Part shown: positions 10,175-18,414 of the stretch, in pieces
Position numbering within the stretch: the first letter of the stretch is position 1
Layout: each line of letters begins with the position of its first letter
IMG/VR virus record: IMGVR_UViG_3300042934_000565
Span: 1,028 to 65,027 of that record
From: a virus
Taxonomy: Duplodnaviria; Caudoviricetes
DNA length: 64,000 nucleotides
Direction: 5' to 3' (one strand)
The notes under the pieces: generated by a model
Database searches by the model: none
What the model saw: only the letters and a program-made list of their open reading frames with translations
What the model was told of the DNA's origin: nothing
Position numbers and translations under genes: made by a program

Positions 10175-10867
10175 ATGGGACTGAAGTACACTGAGGCAAG
10201 CCTCAAGAAGAAGTCGGTTGCCGATCTGAAGGAGCTGGCATCGGACCTCTTCGATGAGGACGAGCTCGACGAGATCACGACGAAGCAGCCGCTCATCGAC
10301 AAGCTGGTCGAAGTCGAGGACGACGAAGAAGTCGAGGAAGACGACGAGGTCGAGGAATCGGACGACGAGGAAGAGGTCGAAGAGGACGACGCCGACCCCG
10401 AGCTGCCCGATGAGGAGGAGGAGGACGAGGTCGACGAGCCCGCCCCCGCCAAGTCGAAGGCCGCAGCCAAGAAGCAGACGAAGTACACCGAAAGCGGCAA
10501 GGCCGACAACGGCGAAAAGCTGCTCGGGGCTAAGGAGGTCGCAACGGCCATCGGGACCGACGCCAAGTCGCTTCGTCAGTTCTTCCGCTCGGGCAAGTCG
10601 AGCTTCACCGCAGTGGGTGCCGGCGGCCGCTACGAGTTCAAGGAATCCGACGTCGAGAAGATCAAGTCGGAGTTCGAGACCTGGAAGGCCGGCAAGCCGG
10701 GCCGGGGTCGAGGCACCAGCGAGGGTGGCAGCACCCGGAGCCGCAGCACCACTCGGGGCCGCGAGGTGAAGCCCGAGGATCAGATCGAGGAAGTCGAAGA
10801 GATCGAAGAACTCGAGGACCTCGAAGAGCTGGACGAGGCCGACCTCGAGCTCGAAGAAGAGGACTGA
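10175..10867 (+). CDS. Acidic multi-domain DNA-binding protein with MerR/Xis-like HTH (paralog 2)
   Basis: LGAKEVATAIGTDAKSLRQFFR...GAGGRYEF; N-terminal KKKSVADLKELA; D/E tracts; AGGAG RBS. Confidence 0.8.
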   Translation: MGLKYTEASLKKKSVADLKELASDLFDEDELDEITTKQPLIDKLVEVEDDEEVEEDDEVEESDDEEEVEEDDADPELPDEEEEDEVDEPAPAKSKAAAKKQTKYTESGKADNGEKLLGAKEVATAIGTDAKSLRQFFRSGKSSFTAVGAGGRYEFKESDVEKIKSEFETWKAGKPGRGRGTSEGGSTRSRSTTRGREVKPEDQIEEVEEIEELEDLEELDEADLELEEED

Positions 10868-10871
10868 AGGA

Positions 10872-11269
10872 CTGGGCCCCTTGCGAGGATCAGCGCTAGG
10901 GGATAGGGTTATACCTGAACGACAGCACCGCTAACTAAGACGCTGCGCCCCTCCTCACAACTTAACATTGGTTCGACTAGGCGAACAGAAACAGATCTTA
11001 GGCCTAGTGCGGGTGGTCCCTTTAAGCTGGGGGCAACGGGGATAAGCGATCAAAGCCTGGAAGCGCCCCGCCACCGTGATAGACTCATCGCAGCTCCTCA
11101 TACCCTGGAGAGTCCCTGAGGTCGGTGGGTTGACTAACTCTAACCATGGTGATATCATCTAACTTAACATCGAACTGCCCCAAAGAGTGACCCGGGGTAG
11201 AGGTCCTGGTACAAAGGGTTCGGTTACGGACGACGGTTCGTATTCCATTAATGTACACGAGGGCCGCCC
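10872..11269 (+). ncRNA. Unassigned structured non-coding RNA(s) upstream of tRNA-Leu
   Basis: No credible ORF; stems ACTAGGC/GCCTAGT, CCTCA/TGAGG, GGTCCT..GTACA/TGTAC..AGGGCC. Confidence 0.45.
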
Positions 11270-11342
11270 ACCCCATTAGCCCAAAGGCAGAGGCAGTGGA
11301 CTTAAAATCCACTCAGTATCAGTTCGAATCTGATATGGGGTA
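11270..11342 (+). tRNA. tRNA-Leu (anticodon TAA), short variable arm, no encoded CCA
   Basis: Acceptor ACCCCAT/ATGGGGT; anticodon arm GTGGA-CTTAAAA-TCCAC; T arm ATCAG-TTCGAAT-CTGAT. Confidence 0.9.
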
Positions 11343-11551
11343 CGGCTAGTGATCTGGTACACGGCTTGCTTACAGAAACAAAGGCCAGCGAGGTTGTAAG
11401 GCTCCTCGGAAGTTAAACGCCCGGGAAAACGGCTTTTAGGGTAAGATTACGGGGCCGGGGTAAGGGTTTGGTTAGCCCCTAACAACTCAATAGGGTTGCA
11501 GGACAGGAAGCCCAGGATTTGCCATGGTGTATCCGAGTCTGAGAAACCCAT
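11343..11551 (+). ncRNA. Unassigned structured RNA(s) between the tRNAs
   Basis: GGTTGT...ACAACT-CAA and GGGTT...AACCC-A closing stems; no ORF. Confidence 0.4.
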
Positions 11552-11624
11552 TCCCAGTTAGCTTAGTTGGCAGAGCATCGGACTGTTAATCCGAGGGTCG
11601 GTGGTTCGAGCCCACCACTGGGAG
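11552..11624 (+). tRNA. tRNA-Asn (anticodon GTT)
   Basis: Acceptor TCCCAGT/ACTGGGA; anticodon arm TCGGA-CTGTTAA-TCCGA; T arm GGTGG-TTCGAGC-CCACC. Confidence 0.95.
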
Positions 11625-11772
11625 CAATAGGTTGTCGGTGACCAATGTAACCCAATGAGGAACCGTCAACAACTCAACATGGGCCTCAGGCGAGAGAAAG
11701 GCACACGCGCCGAGGAAAGCACGCCAGGGGTAGGGCCGCAGTGCCACTCGAGCGCCCCGGTAATAGTGAGTA

Positions 11773-11845
11773 GCCCCCGGGTGGGCCAAAGCGGCAGATG
11801 CAAAGTACTAGGAAATATTGCCCGGTTCAAATCCGGGGAGGTCCA
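11773..11845 (+). pseudogene. Degenerate tRNA-like element
   Basis: Perfect T arm CCCGG-TTCAAAT-CCGGG and a 3' CCA, TGCAAA upstream, but acceptor and anticodon stems are non-canonical. Confidence 0.35.
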
Positions 11846-11846
11846 C

Positions 11847-12122
11847 ATGGTGAATATCCATTGCAGCAACTGCCAGGGAGTCTTCGACTTTGACCACCCG
11901 TCAGTGCTATCAGCAGCAGATCTTTACAAAGTAACACTGACATGCGCATGGTGTGGGGTAGCTCTCAAGGCCCCGAGTGACGAGGTTTATATGATCACTC
12001 TCGATGAGTACACCCAGCGGGCACTCAAGCGACAAGGTCATCCTGGCTATCGCAGCACTGGCAATGGCTACGTACAACTTCTTCCCACACCGAAAGCCGC
12101 CGGAGACCCCAGCTCCGGTTGA
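11847..12122 (+). CDS. Zn-ribbon protein
   Basis: GGAGG RBS; HCSNC...TCAWCG. Confidence 0.7.
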   Translation: MVNIHCSNCQGVFDFDHPSVLSAADLYKVTLTCAWCGVALKAPSDEVYMITLDEYTQRALKRQGHPGYRSTGNGYVQLLPTPKAAGDPSSG

Positions 12123-12140
12123 GTCAGCCCACTGACTCCT

Positions 12141-12177
12141 ACTAGACCTCGACTCCCTCCCCTTGTCGAGGTCTAGT
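12141..12177. terminator. Hairpin between convergent units
   Basis: ACTAGACCTCGAC...GTCGAGGTCTAGT perfect 13 bp stem. Confidence 0.75.
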
Positions 12178-12260
12178 GGTGTGTCGCGTGTTCAGCTTCC
12201 CAGATCAATTGATCGATCGATGCGCGCATGATGATCAAGCATATCCTCAGGATGCCGAGA

Positions 12261-12572
12261 TTAAACCCTGGATTGCCGAGACCCTTTGCGCGCATCATTG
12301 CGCGACTTCGACTTCGAGGATTTTAGGTTTGATTCTGTCGACTTTTGCTCACGTAATAGACCGGCGGTTTCTCTCCGCTGATACTCTCGGAGCGCATCCA
12401 TCATGTAGTCTTCGCGCGAGGATTCAGGGGTACGCAAGCATTCGTATGCCATCTCGCGTAAGTTACTTTCGGTCAGACCTCGTGCCCAGGCCTCGCTCAG
12501 TTCAGCATAGCTGGGTTCACCCGCTGATGTAACTCGAGCGGCTGGGGCGGGACGATTCTCGGGACGGATCAC
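12261..12572 (-). CDS. Hypothetical protein
   Basis: Coupled by a 4-bp overlap to VRR-NUC. Confidence 0.55.
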   Translation of the reverse strand: MIRPENRPAPAARVTSAGEPSYAELSEAWARGLTESNLREMAYECLRTPESSREDYMMDALREYQRRETAGLLREQKSTESNLKSSKSKSRNDARKGSRQSRV

Positions 12573-12880
12573 CGGTTTCTCTTTCTTGCTACGAGGTGAT
12601 TCTTAACCACCATCAGGGCTTCTTGGGGGGAGCAGACCACGGTCGCCAGGCCGCCTGCCTCATTGATCAACCCATGCACATAATCCTGGCGCGCTGAGGT
12701 ATTATCCCGAGTGCTGGGGAGCTTAACTTCGAGCCCGATATAGTAGCCCTCAGCGCATACGATCAGGTCAGGTAACCCCGCCATCATCATCTCGCTGCCA
12801 TGAACCTTGAAGACGAACCATCCCTCGAGCTTGAGGGCGTCCTGTATCTTGCGCTGAAGTCGGGACTCGGGCTGGGTCAT
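12569..12880 (-). CDS. VRR-NUC nuclease / Holliday junction resolvase
   Basis: ESRLQRKI...GLPDL...GLEVK...Q PD-(D/E)xK pattern. Confidence 0.9.
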   Translation of the reverse strand: MTQPESRLQRKIQDALKLEGWFVFKVHGSEMMMAGLPDLIVCAEGYYIGLEVKLPSTRDNTSARQDYVHGLINEAGGLATVVCSPQEALMVVKNHLVARKRNR

Positions 12881-13014
12881 GGGATGATCCTATCAGTGGT
12901 CTAGTGAGTTCGGCAAGGTCATGAGTCCGCCAGAAACCCCAGCCTGGGTTTCCCCGCGAGGAGAGGCAGACTGGGGCTCTGGGTTCATGCCGGAGGGACT
13001 AGTCCCGGCAGGTC

Positions 13015-13821
13015 TCAGATGTCGTCGATGTCGATGTCATCCAGATCGTCGTCCGAGAGCTCCGCGGCCTTGACCGTGGACTTCGGCTTGGCGGTGCGCT
13101 TCGGCTTGGGCTCCTCCTCGGCCGGCGCTGCCGACTCGAGCTTGGCGAGGAAACCCTTGAGGTCGTCGTCGGTGTGCTTGGTGAGGATCTTGAAGTCGGC
13201 CTGGAGGGCCTTGATCCGCTGCTTCAGCGCCGTGCGGTCGAGACCTTCGTAGGGGTCAGCCTCTTCAGCTTCGTCCTCCTCAGCCTCCTCTTCGGGCTCC
13301 TCCTCAGCCTCTTCGGCCTCGTCGTCGTCGACCGAACCGTTGTCCATGTCGTCGATATCGACGTCGTCGTCGTCCTCAGGGGCGTCGTCGTCATCGTCGT
13401 CCGAGGAGGTGGTCAGCGTCTCATCGCCGATCTCCGAAGCCGGGAAGACCCCCGTGATCTCCGAGGTCTCCTTGTCCTTGTAGTCCTCGCCATCCTCGAT
13501 CGTGACGCCGATGAGGCGACCGACGATCTGGTTGGGGTCGACCTTCGACCGCTTCTTCGGCACCGTCTTGCCGGCAGCGACGAGGATGTTGCGAAGCTTC
13601 CAGAGCGACTTCTCATCGAGCTTGCAGTAGTAGCGGAAGACCGAAGACGGCTTGTTCTTCAGCTTGACCGCGAAGACGTAGGCATCGGTCTTGTCGGGAG
13701 CGACGGCGTCAGCCACCGAAGAGATGATGGCGAGATAGTCACCGGCCTTGACCCGAGACTGGTTGAAGCCCGAGGACTCCTTGACGTTGGTCATGTCGAC
13801 GTTGCGTGCGGTTGCACCCAT
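13015..13821 (-). CDS. ssDNA-binding protein (DUF669/gp2.5-like) with acidic tail
   Basis: GDYLAII...SLWKLRNILVAAG; very acidic C-terminus; next to a Sak4-like ATPase. Confidence 0.75.
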   Translation of the reverse strand: MGATARNVDMTNVKESSGFNQSRVKAGDYLAIISSVADAVAPDKTDAYVFAVKLKNKPSSVFRYYCKLDEKSLWKLRNILVAAGKTVPKKRSKVDPNQIVGRLIGVTIEDGEDYKDKETSEITGVFPASEIGDETLTTSSDDDDDDAPEDDDDVDIDDMDNGSVDDDEAEEAEEEPEEEAEEDEAEEADPYEGLDRTALKQRIKALQADFKILTKHTDDDLKGFLAKLESAAPAEEEPKPKRTAKPKSTVKAAELSDDDLDDIDIDDI

Positions 13822-13897
13822 TGCTTTTTCTCCTTGTTATGAGTGGTCGATATTCAGTTTATCATGCCAGGTGTGGAGATCCAAGGTTCTCCATTCC

Positions 13898-14698
13898 CTA
13901 GGCTTTTACGACTGCCTTCGGTGCGGCAGTGCTCCCAGTGCGGATCAACCGCGTGAGTTTCGGGGCGGATGGGTTGGGGATGTAGTCAGGCAGCACGAAG
14001 TCCGAGCGGTACCCGGTGTCATACTTGAGAGACTCACCGATCCAGAGGCGACGTTCTGCCTTGCCATCGTCGTTGCGAATTACATAGATGCGACCGATGA
14101 CATCCACGATCGAGTTGACGTAGCTTCGGACACCCTTGGGCAGGTCAGGGATGAAGATCGCATCGGCACCTTCGATATCCTCGTCCTCTTCGGAGTCGAA
14201 CGACTCAGACATGCGTTCCTGAGCGGTGAAGATGACCCCCATTGGCAGGTTATGGAAGCGCGTCAGAAGATCCTTCATCAGCTCGCCACTCTTGCCATAG
14301 TCCTTCAACTGCACCATGCCCGGGATGCGGTCGAGCGACTTCTCCTCCTGAAGCTTCATCACATACTTCAGCGACATGTTGGCGTACCGAGTGAGACCAT
14401 CGACCGCCACCCATTTGTAAGGGTGGTTGCCATACTTGAGGAAGTTGAACGCGTCGTCGATGTCCTCCCAGCGCTCGATCTTCCAAACATGAGGGTTCTT
14501 CGACTTCATCTCGTCGGTGCCATCCTCGGGGTCCAGGATCAGGGTCTGCTCCACACCCCCACTCAGGGCGAAGGTCGACTTGCCTTTCTTGTTCCGGCCA
14601 TAGACCAGGAACTTGGGCATGCGTCGGGTCGTGGCTGGTCGTGTGATGTGCTTAGCCGCCAGGGCCTCGAAGTCAATCTTCGGTTTGGCCGTTGCCAT
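13898..14698 (-). CDS. AAA_24 / Sak4-like ATPase recombinase
   Basis: YGRNKKGKST, LILDPEDG, VAVDGLT, FTAQE. Confidence 0.85.
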   Translation of the reverse strand: MATAKPKIDFEALAAKHITRPATTRRMPKFLVYGRNKKGKSTFALSGGVEQTLILDPEDGTDEMKSKNPHVWKIERWEDIDDAFNFLKYGNHPYKWVAVDGLTRYANMSLKYVMKLQEEKSLDRIPGMVQLKDYGKSGELMKDLLTRFHNLPMGVIFTAQERMSESFDSEEDEDIEGADAIFIPDLPKGVRSYVNSIVDVIGRIYVIRNDDGKAERRLWIGESLKYDTGYRSDFVLPDYIPNPSAPKLTRLIRTGSTAAPKAVVKA

Positions 14699-15023
14699 TG
14701 TTCTCCCTAGTAATCTCGAGCTGAAGGAAGTGCGCGAACTTCTTGCTGAAGTCATCGATCATGGGACCGTCGACCACTGTGCCTTTACCTACGAGGCCGT
14801 AACGAATGCCCTCGATGTTCACCGCTAGGTAGTCCAGGACCTGGCCCATGCGGCGATGCAGAAAGGTTATCACATCGGAAGTCAGGGCAGCAACCCCATC
14901 GACTCCGTCCATAGTGATGAAGATGTCATCCGACACCATGTATTCCTCGATGGAGGGTTCAACACCCATAGCCATCCCAGGGCTAGCCTGTTGAATGCCA
15001 GCCATGATGCTGCGGATGTGCAT
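14673..15023 (-). CDS. Hypothetical protein
   Basis: Operonic ORF, coupled start/stop. Confidence 0.55.
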   Translation of the reverse strand: MHIRSIMAGIQQASPGMAMGVEPSIEEYMVSDDIFITMDGVDGVAALTSDVITFLHRRMGQVLDYLAVNIEGIRYGLVGKGTVVDGPMIDDFSKKFAHFLQLEITRENNGNGQTED

Positions 15024-15382
15024 CAGAAGTCCACTCGACCGACAAGACGCTGGATCTGACGAAGTCGTCGTTCGAGGCGATCAGCCAAGCTCTCTAGCTG
15101 TTCGGCAAACTGACTCTGGTTGTTCCAGTCTGTCTTCATTTCCTCGTTCTTACCCCGAGAGGACTCAGTCGTTTCCGGGTCATTCTTCATCAGGATCGGC
15201 TCGAGCGTCCCCTCGAGAACCCCGATAGCCTCATCCAGGCGCTGCGATAAGTGGCCGAGTCGATCGATCTGACCACTGATGGTGCGAGGACGAAGATCCT
15301 CTGCCTGTTCCTTTCTATCCTGGTAGCCGGCGAAGCTCTGGCTCTCTGACATGTCATCTCGTACTCGGCTATAGTCTGCCAT
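15023..15382 (-). CDS. Hypothetical coiled-coil protein
   Basis: AAAGGGA RBS before ATG 15382. Confidence 0.6.
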   Translation of the reverse strand: MADYSRVRDDMSESQSFAGYQDRKEQAEDLRPRTISGQIDRLGHLSQRLDEAIGVLEGTLEPILMKNDPETTESSRGKNEEMKTDWNNQSQFAEQLESLADRLERRLRQIQRLVGRVDF

Positions 15383-15395
15383 TGTCGTCCCTTTC

Positions 15396-16472
15396 CTATG
15401 CGGCCTTGTCCGCGTCATCGCCGGCGCGGTCCTGGTAGTAATCGTTGGGATCACCCTCGGTGTAGTTCAGTCGGATCATGCGCTCGACGTCACCACCCAT
15501 GATGTGGGCTACGTGAAGGTCCTCGTAGTCCTCAAAGAATCCTCGCTGCTGAGGGTCCGCCATCTCGATGGCAGCGGTGTCGTCGAAGTCATAGTTCTGC
15601 ATCCGCAGTGCCGTGCGGTAGTTCATCAGCATGACTCGGTCGAGCATCTCATCAGACTTCTCGAGGATATCGCGGCGGAAGAACTCGGAAGTCTGCATCG
15701 CCCCGTGCTGATACTGAAGCCCTCTAAGGTATTCTGCCTTGGCTCGATCCTGCGGGCGAATCTTGAACTGGGGGTTCTCTTCCTTGTACTTCTTCAACGC
15801 CCGAACGAAGGTGGGGTAGTCGGTATCGCACGCCGAGTCAGAGATGCGGTCACCCTTGACTAGCAACTTAGGTGTGGAGGCTGGCTTCCATCGTAGATAG
15901 TTCCAGATAAAGCCCTGCACCGGAAGACCATTTTCACGGGCGGCCCAGAGGTATAGAGCAGACTGACTGTCTCGGAGTCGGAACTGCAGATCGGGCAGAC
16001 TTCGATGTGTCTTGTGATCAACAAGCCATAACCCGTACTCGTTCTCAATGAGCGCATCAACCTTGCCACGGTAGAGAGTGCCATCGGGAAACTCGCATTC
16101 TAGTGTGAACTCATTGGCGACGTAAGTCCAGGGGTCATTCTTGTAGTGCCAAGAGTAGGACTCCATGATCTTGCCGATCTCAGTCGGCATGTCACCGTAG
16201 TAATCCTTCTCCTCATCGAAGAGTTGATCGAACTGGTGACTGTAGTGCTTGTGAACGCCCCGCCAGTCCTTGCCATTGCCCTGAGCTTCGAGCAGCGCAT
16301 GCACCCAAGTGCCTCGCTTGAGCGGCTTCTTGAGCATCTTGGGCTTGAGCCGACGGACGTACTTGAAGTAGGCGCACATCTCACAACGACGGAATGTCTT
16401 CAACATCGAGTGAGTGATGATTCGCTTCCCAAGCTCCTCATCGAAGTAAAGTCCCTTATGCTCGGGCGTCAT
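15396..16472 (-). CDS. Cas4/RecB-like PD-(D/E)xK exonuclease
   Basis: HSMLKTFRRC, RGTWVHALLE, GKVDAL...LVDHKT, QSALY. Confidence 0.85.
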   Translation of the reverse strand: MTPEHKGLYFDEELGKRIITHSMLKTFRRCEMCAYFKYVRRLKPKMLKKPLKRGTWVHALLEAQGNGKDWRGVHKHYSHQFDQLFDEEKDYYGDMPTEIGKIMESYSWHYKNDPWTYVANEFTLECEFPDGTLYRGKVDALIENEYGLWLVDHKTHRSLPDLQFRLRDSQSALYLWAARENGLPVQGFIWNYLRWKPASTPKLLVKGDRISDSACDTDYPTFVRALKKYKEENPQFKIRPQDRAKAEYLRGLQYQHGAMQTSEFFRRDILEKSDEMLDRVMLMNYRTALRMQNYDFDDTAAIEMADPQQRGFFEDYEDLHVAHIMGGDVERMIRLNYTEGDPNDYYQDRAGDDADKAA

Positions 16473-16494
16473 CAGCGCCTCAAGCCGCGCCAGC

Positions 16495-16725
16495 TCAGTC
16501 ACGGTCGAGCTGCTCGTACAAGTCTTTGCAAGTGGGGCAGACGGGGAACTTGGTGAAGTCCCGAGAGGGTCGCCATTTCTTTCCGCAGAGTGCGGTGATT
16601 TCCACACCATCGAAGATCGAGCGTTCGATGTCTGTTCTTCGGGCGTAGTGAGCGAAGAGGTCGTGATCGCCATCCTCGGTCACCGTAGTGACGCGAGTAT
16701 CCTCTAAAAGATCGGAGTCAGCCAT
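16495..16725 (-). CDS. DUF3039-family protein (actinobacterial host-type)
   Basis: GDHDLFAHY...ALCGKKWRPSRD...FPVCPTCKDLYE. Confidence 0.85.
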   Translation of the reverse strand: MADSDLLEDTRVTTVTEDGDHDLFAHYARRTDIERSIFDGVEITALCGKKWRPSRDFTKFPVCPTCKDLYEQLDRD

Positions 16726-16756
16726 TGCCGTGTCCCTTGAGTAAGTAGTTAAGTCA

Positions 16757-16785
16757 ATACTACCATCTTAGAACGCGGCAGTCAA
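16757..16785 (-). promoter_or_regulatory. SigA-type promoter for the DUF3039/recombination operon
   Basis: TTGACT N17 TAGTAT on the minus strand. Confidence 0.7.
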
Positions 16786-17987
16786 TTACTCGTTTCCTTG
16801 ATCCTTCGCCCACTCTTCGAGGAGCCGGGCCTGTTCTGCTCGCCATGCCCAGAGTCGCTCGGCAATGATCCTCTGTTGTTCCTCGAGCAGGCTAACCGCC
16901 GTGCCATCCGGATGGGTGATTGCCCCGCTCTCATGGACGACGTAACGCCCAGCCGGTAGATTGTCCATAGTCATCATTGACCTCCCCTTGTGTTCATCGC
17001 TTCGCACACTTCTTGCAGTAGATGGCAGTGAAGCAGGTCTTGTTGTATGAGCGTGACCATAGCTTCATGTTGAGGCCACATACCGTGGTGTCGATGTCAG
17101 TCTCCAGCACTCGATGCTGAAGCGCGGGTCGACCTGACCCTGTGCGTGCCAGTACAAATACTCCCCTAGGCATGCTCATCGTGCCCACTCCTTCGCTACC
17201 CTGACCCAGTCTTCAGGGGTATTCAAGGGCCTTATTCCATGCTTTACCAACCAGAGGGTGAACCGAATCCATTCTTCTTCGGTCCACCCTAGGTCATCAA
17301 TCAAGTGTCGTTTTGCCTGGAGCCGGGCAAGCGCCATCACTTACCGCCTTTCTGGGGCTGCGAGGTGAGGTGGTAATGATTGCCGAATGGGCACTTGTAG
17401 ATGCGCTGAGGGTCAGTGTCGAAGAATGGGTGCCGGGCAAGCTCGAGCTTGGCATCGAGTTCGTCTCGGAAGATGACCTTGTTATGCCGACCGCAGAACC
17501 TACGCTTCGCCTTGGACTTGTAATGCCGAGTCATCTCAGACACCCAGCCGATCACGAAGAGTAGCGGTATCGATGGTAATGACCATCATCGACCCTGCCA
17601 CATAGCCTGCGCCCTGGGACTGCATCAGCTCCCAGCCTCGAGCAAGCCACTTGGTCACCGCAGTCTGATGCACCTTGTGCACCAGGAGGGGCGTACCCTC
17701 AGCGGCCTCCTTCAGAACCCTGCGCTCTTCACGACGAATCAGGAACTCGTCGGCATTCTGCCAGCGCTCCCGAATCGTCCACTTGCGCTCCTTTGCGATC
17801 TTCACCTCTACGCCCCCTTAACATCAGCGAGCTTGGTAGCTCCCTTGAGGTAGGTGGGGTGAGCGTCGGTCTTCATGTGCTCATCGCAGAGATAAGCCCA
17901 TGGTCCTCGCTTGGTCTTCGCGTCGTAAGTCGCTGGGACCGTTTCGCCCTGCTGCTTGTGGAGATCGCAGTCGCGGGTTATTGCCAT
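16786..17987 (-). other. Run of about six small hypothetical genes (16786-17007, 16994-17179, 17176-17337, 17337-17555, 17536-17805, 17808-17987)
   Basis: Tightly packed ORFs; several Cys/His motifs, e.g. CDLH..ATYDAKT..GPWAYLC and IYKCPFGNHYHLT. Confidence 0.6.
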
Positions 17988-18054
17988 TTCATTCCTCCTT
18001 GGTTTTGCATTTCGATTGCCTGCATGATCATTTTATCAACAGGGGTATTCCCTA

Positions 18055-18408
18055 TCAACTACCAATTTGCCCCGACTTCAGGAGCTTGTACCTACGCAGC
18101 TCGGCGTTGATTTCGGCTCGCTTGCGTGGAGTCAAGAACTTCCAGATGTCGGCAAGGAACCCGCGGACCGCAGCATAACCCCCGATTTCAAAGCAGGGAT
18201 CGCCTGTCGGCGCCATGATCACATTGCCATTACCGACTGCATCGATGAGTCGATCGTTCACATCAGGATTGCCAGTGACGGCTAGGAGACCGATTGCATG
18301 ATACATGCGAGTCGGCCCCTGCTCGATCGTGACAGCGACAACTCCACACCCCTCAATGACGCCTGCTGCCCAGATGAGGGACTCTCGGTAATTCATGCTA
18401 TCCATCAT
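18055..18408 (-). CDS. Degenerate single-domain LAGLIDADG-like protein
   Basis: LIWAAGVIEGCG helix; IWKFLTPRKRAEI. Confidence 0.55.
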   Translation of the reverse strand: MMDSMNYRESLIWAAGVIEGCGVVAVTIEQGPTRMYHAIGLLAVTGNPDVNDRLIDAVGNGNVIMAPTGDPCFEIGGYAAVRGFLADIWKFLTPRKRAEINAELRRYKLLKSGQIGS

Positions 18409-18414
18409 ATCATC

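Noticed and set aside
10872-11269. tmRNA
   Set aside because: GGACGACGGTTCG resembles a tmRNA 3' segment, but there is no Ala-type acceptor (G3:U70, ACCA end) and no convincing tag ORF.
11343-11460. Theta/HDV-like ribozyme after tRNA-Leu
   Set aside because: A CTCCTCG resembling the HDV L3 loop is present, but I could not build the P1/P3 pairings by eye; it needs a covariance or RNArobo search.
11655-11846. 5' extension of ORF 11655-12122
   Set aside because: Overlaps structured RNA sequence; the true start is probably ATG 11847 with a GGAGG RBS.
15396-16472. Cas4-like nuclease as evidence of CRISPR
   Set aside because: No repeat-spacer array or other cas genes; solo Cas4/RecB nucleases beside Sak4 and SSB are standard phage recombination modules.
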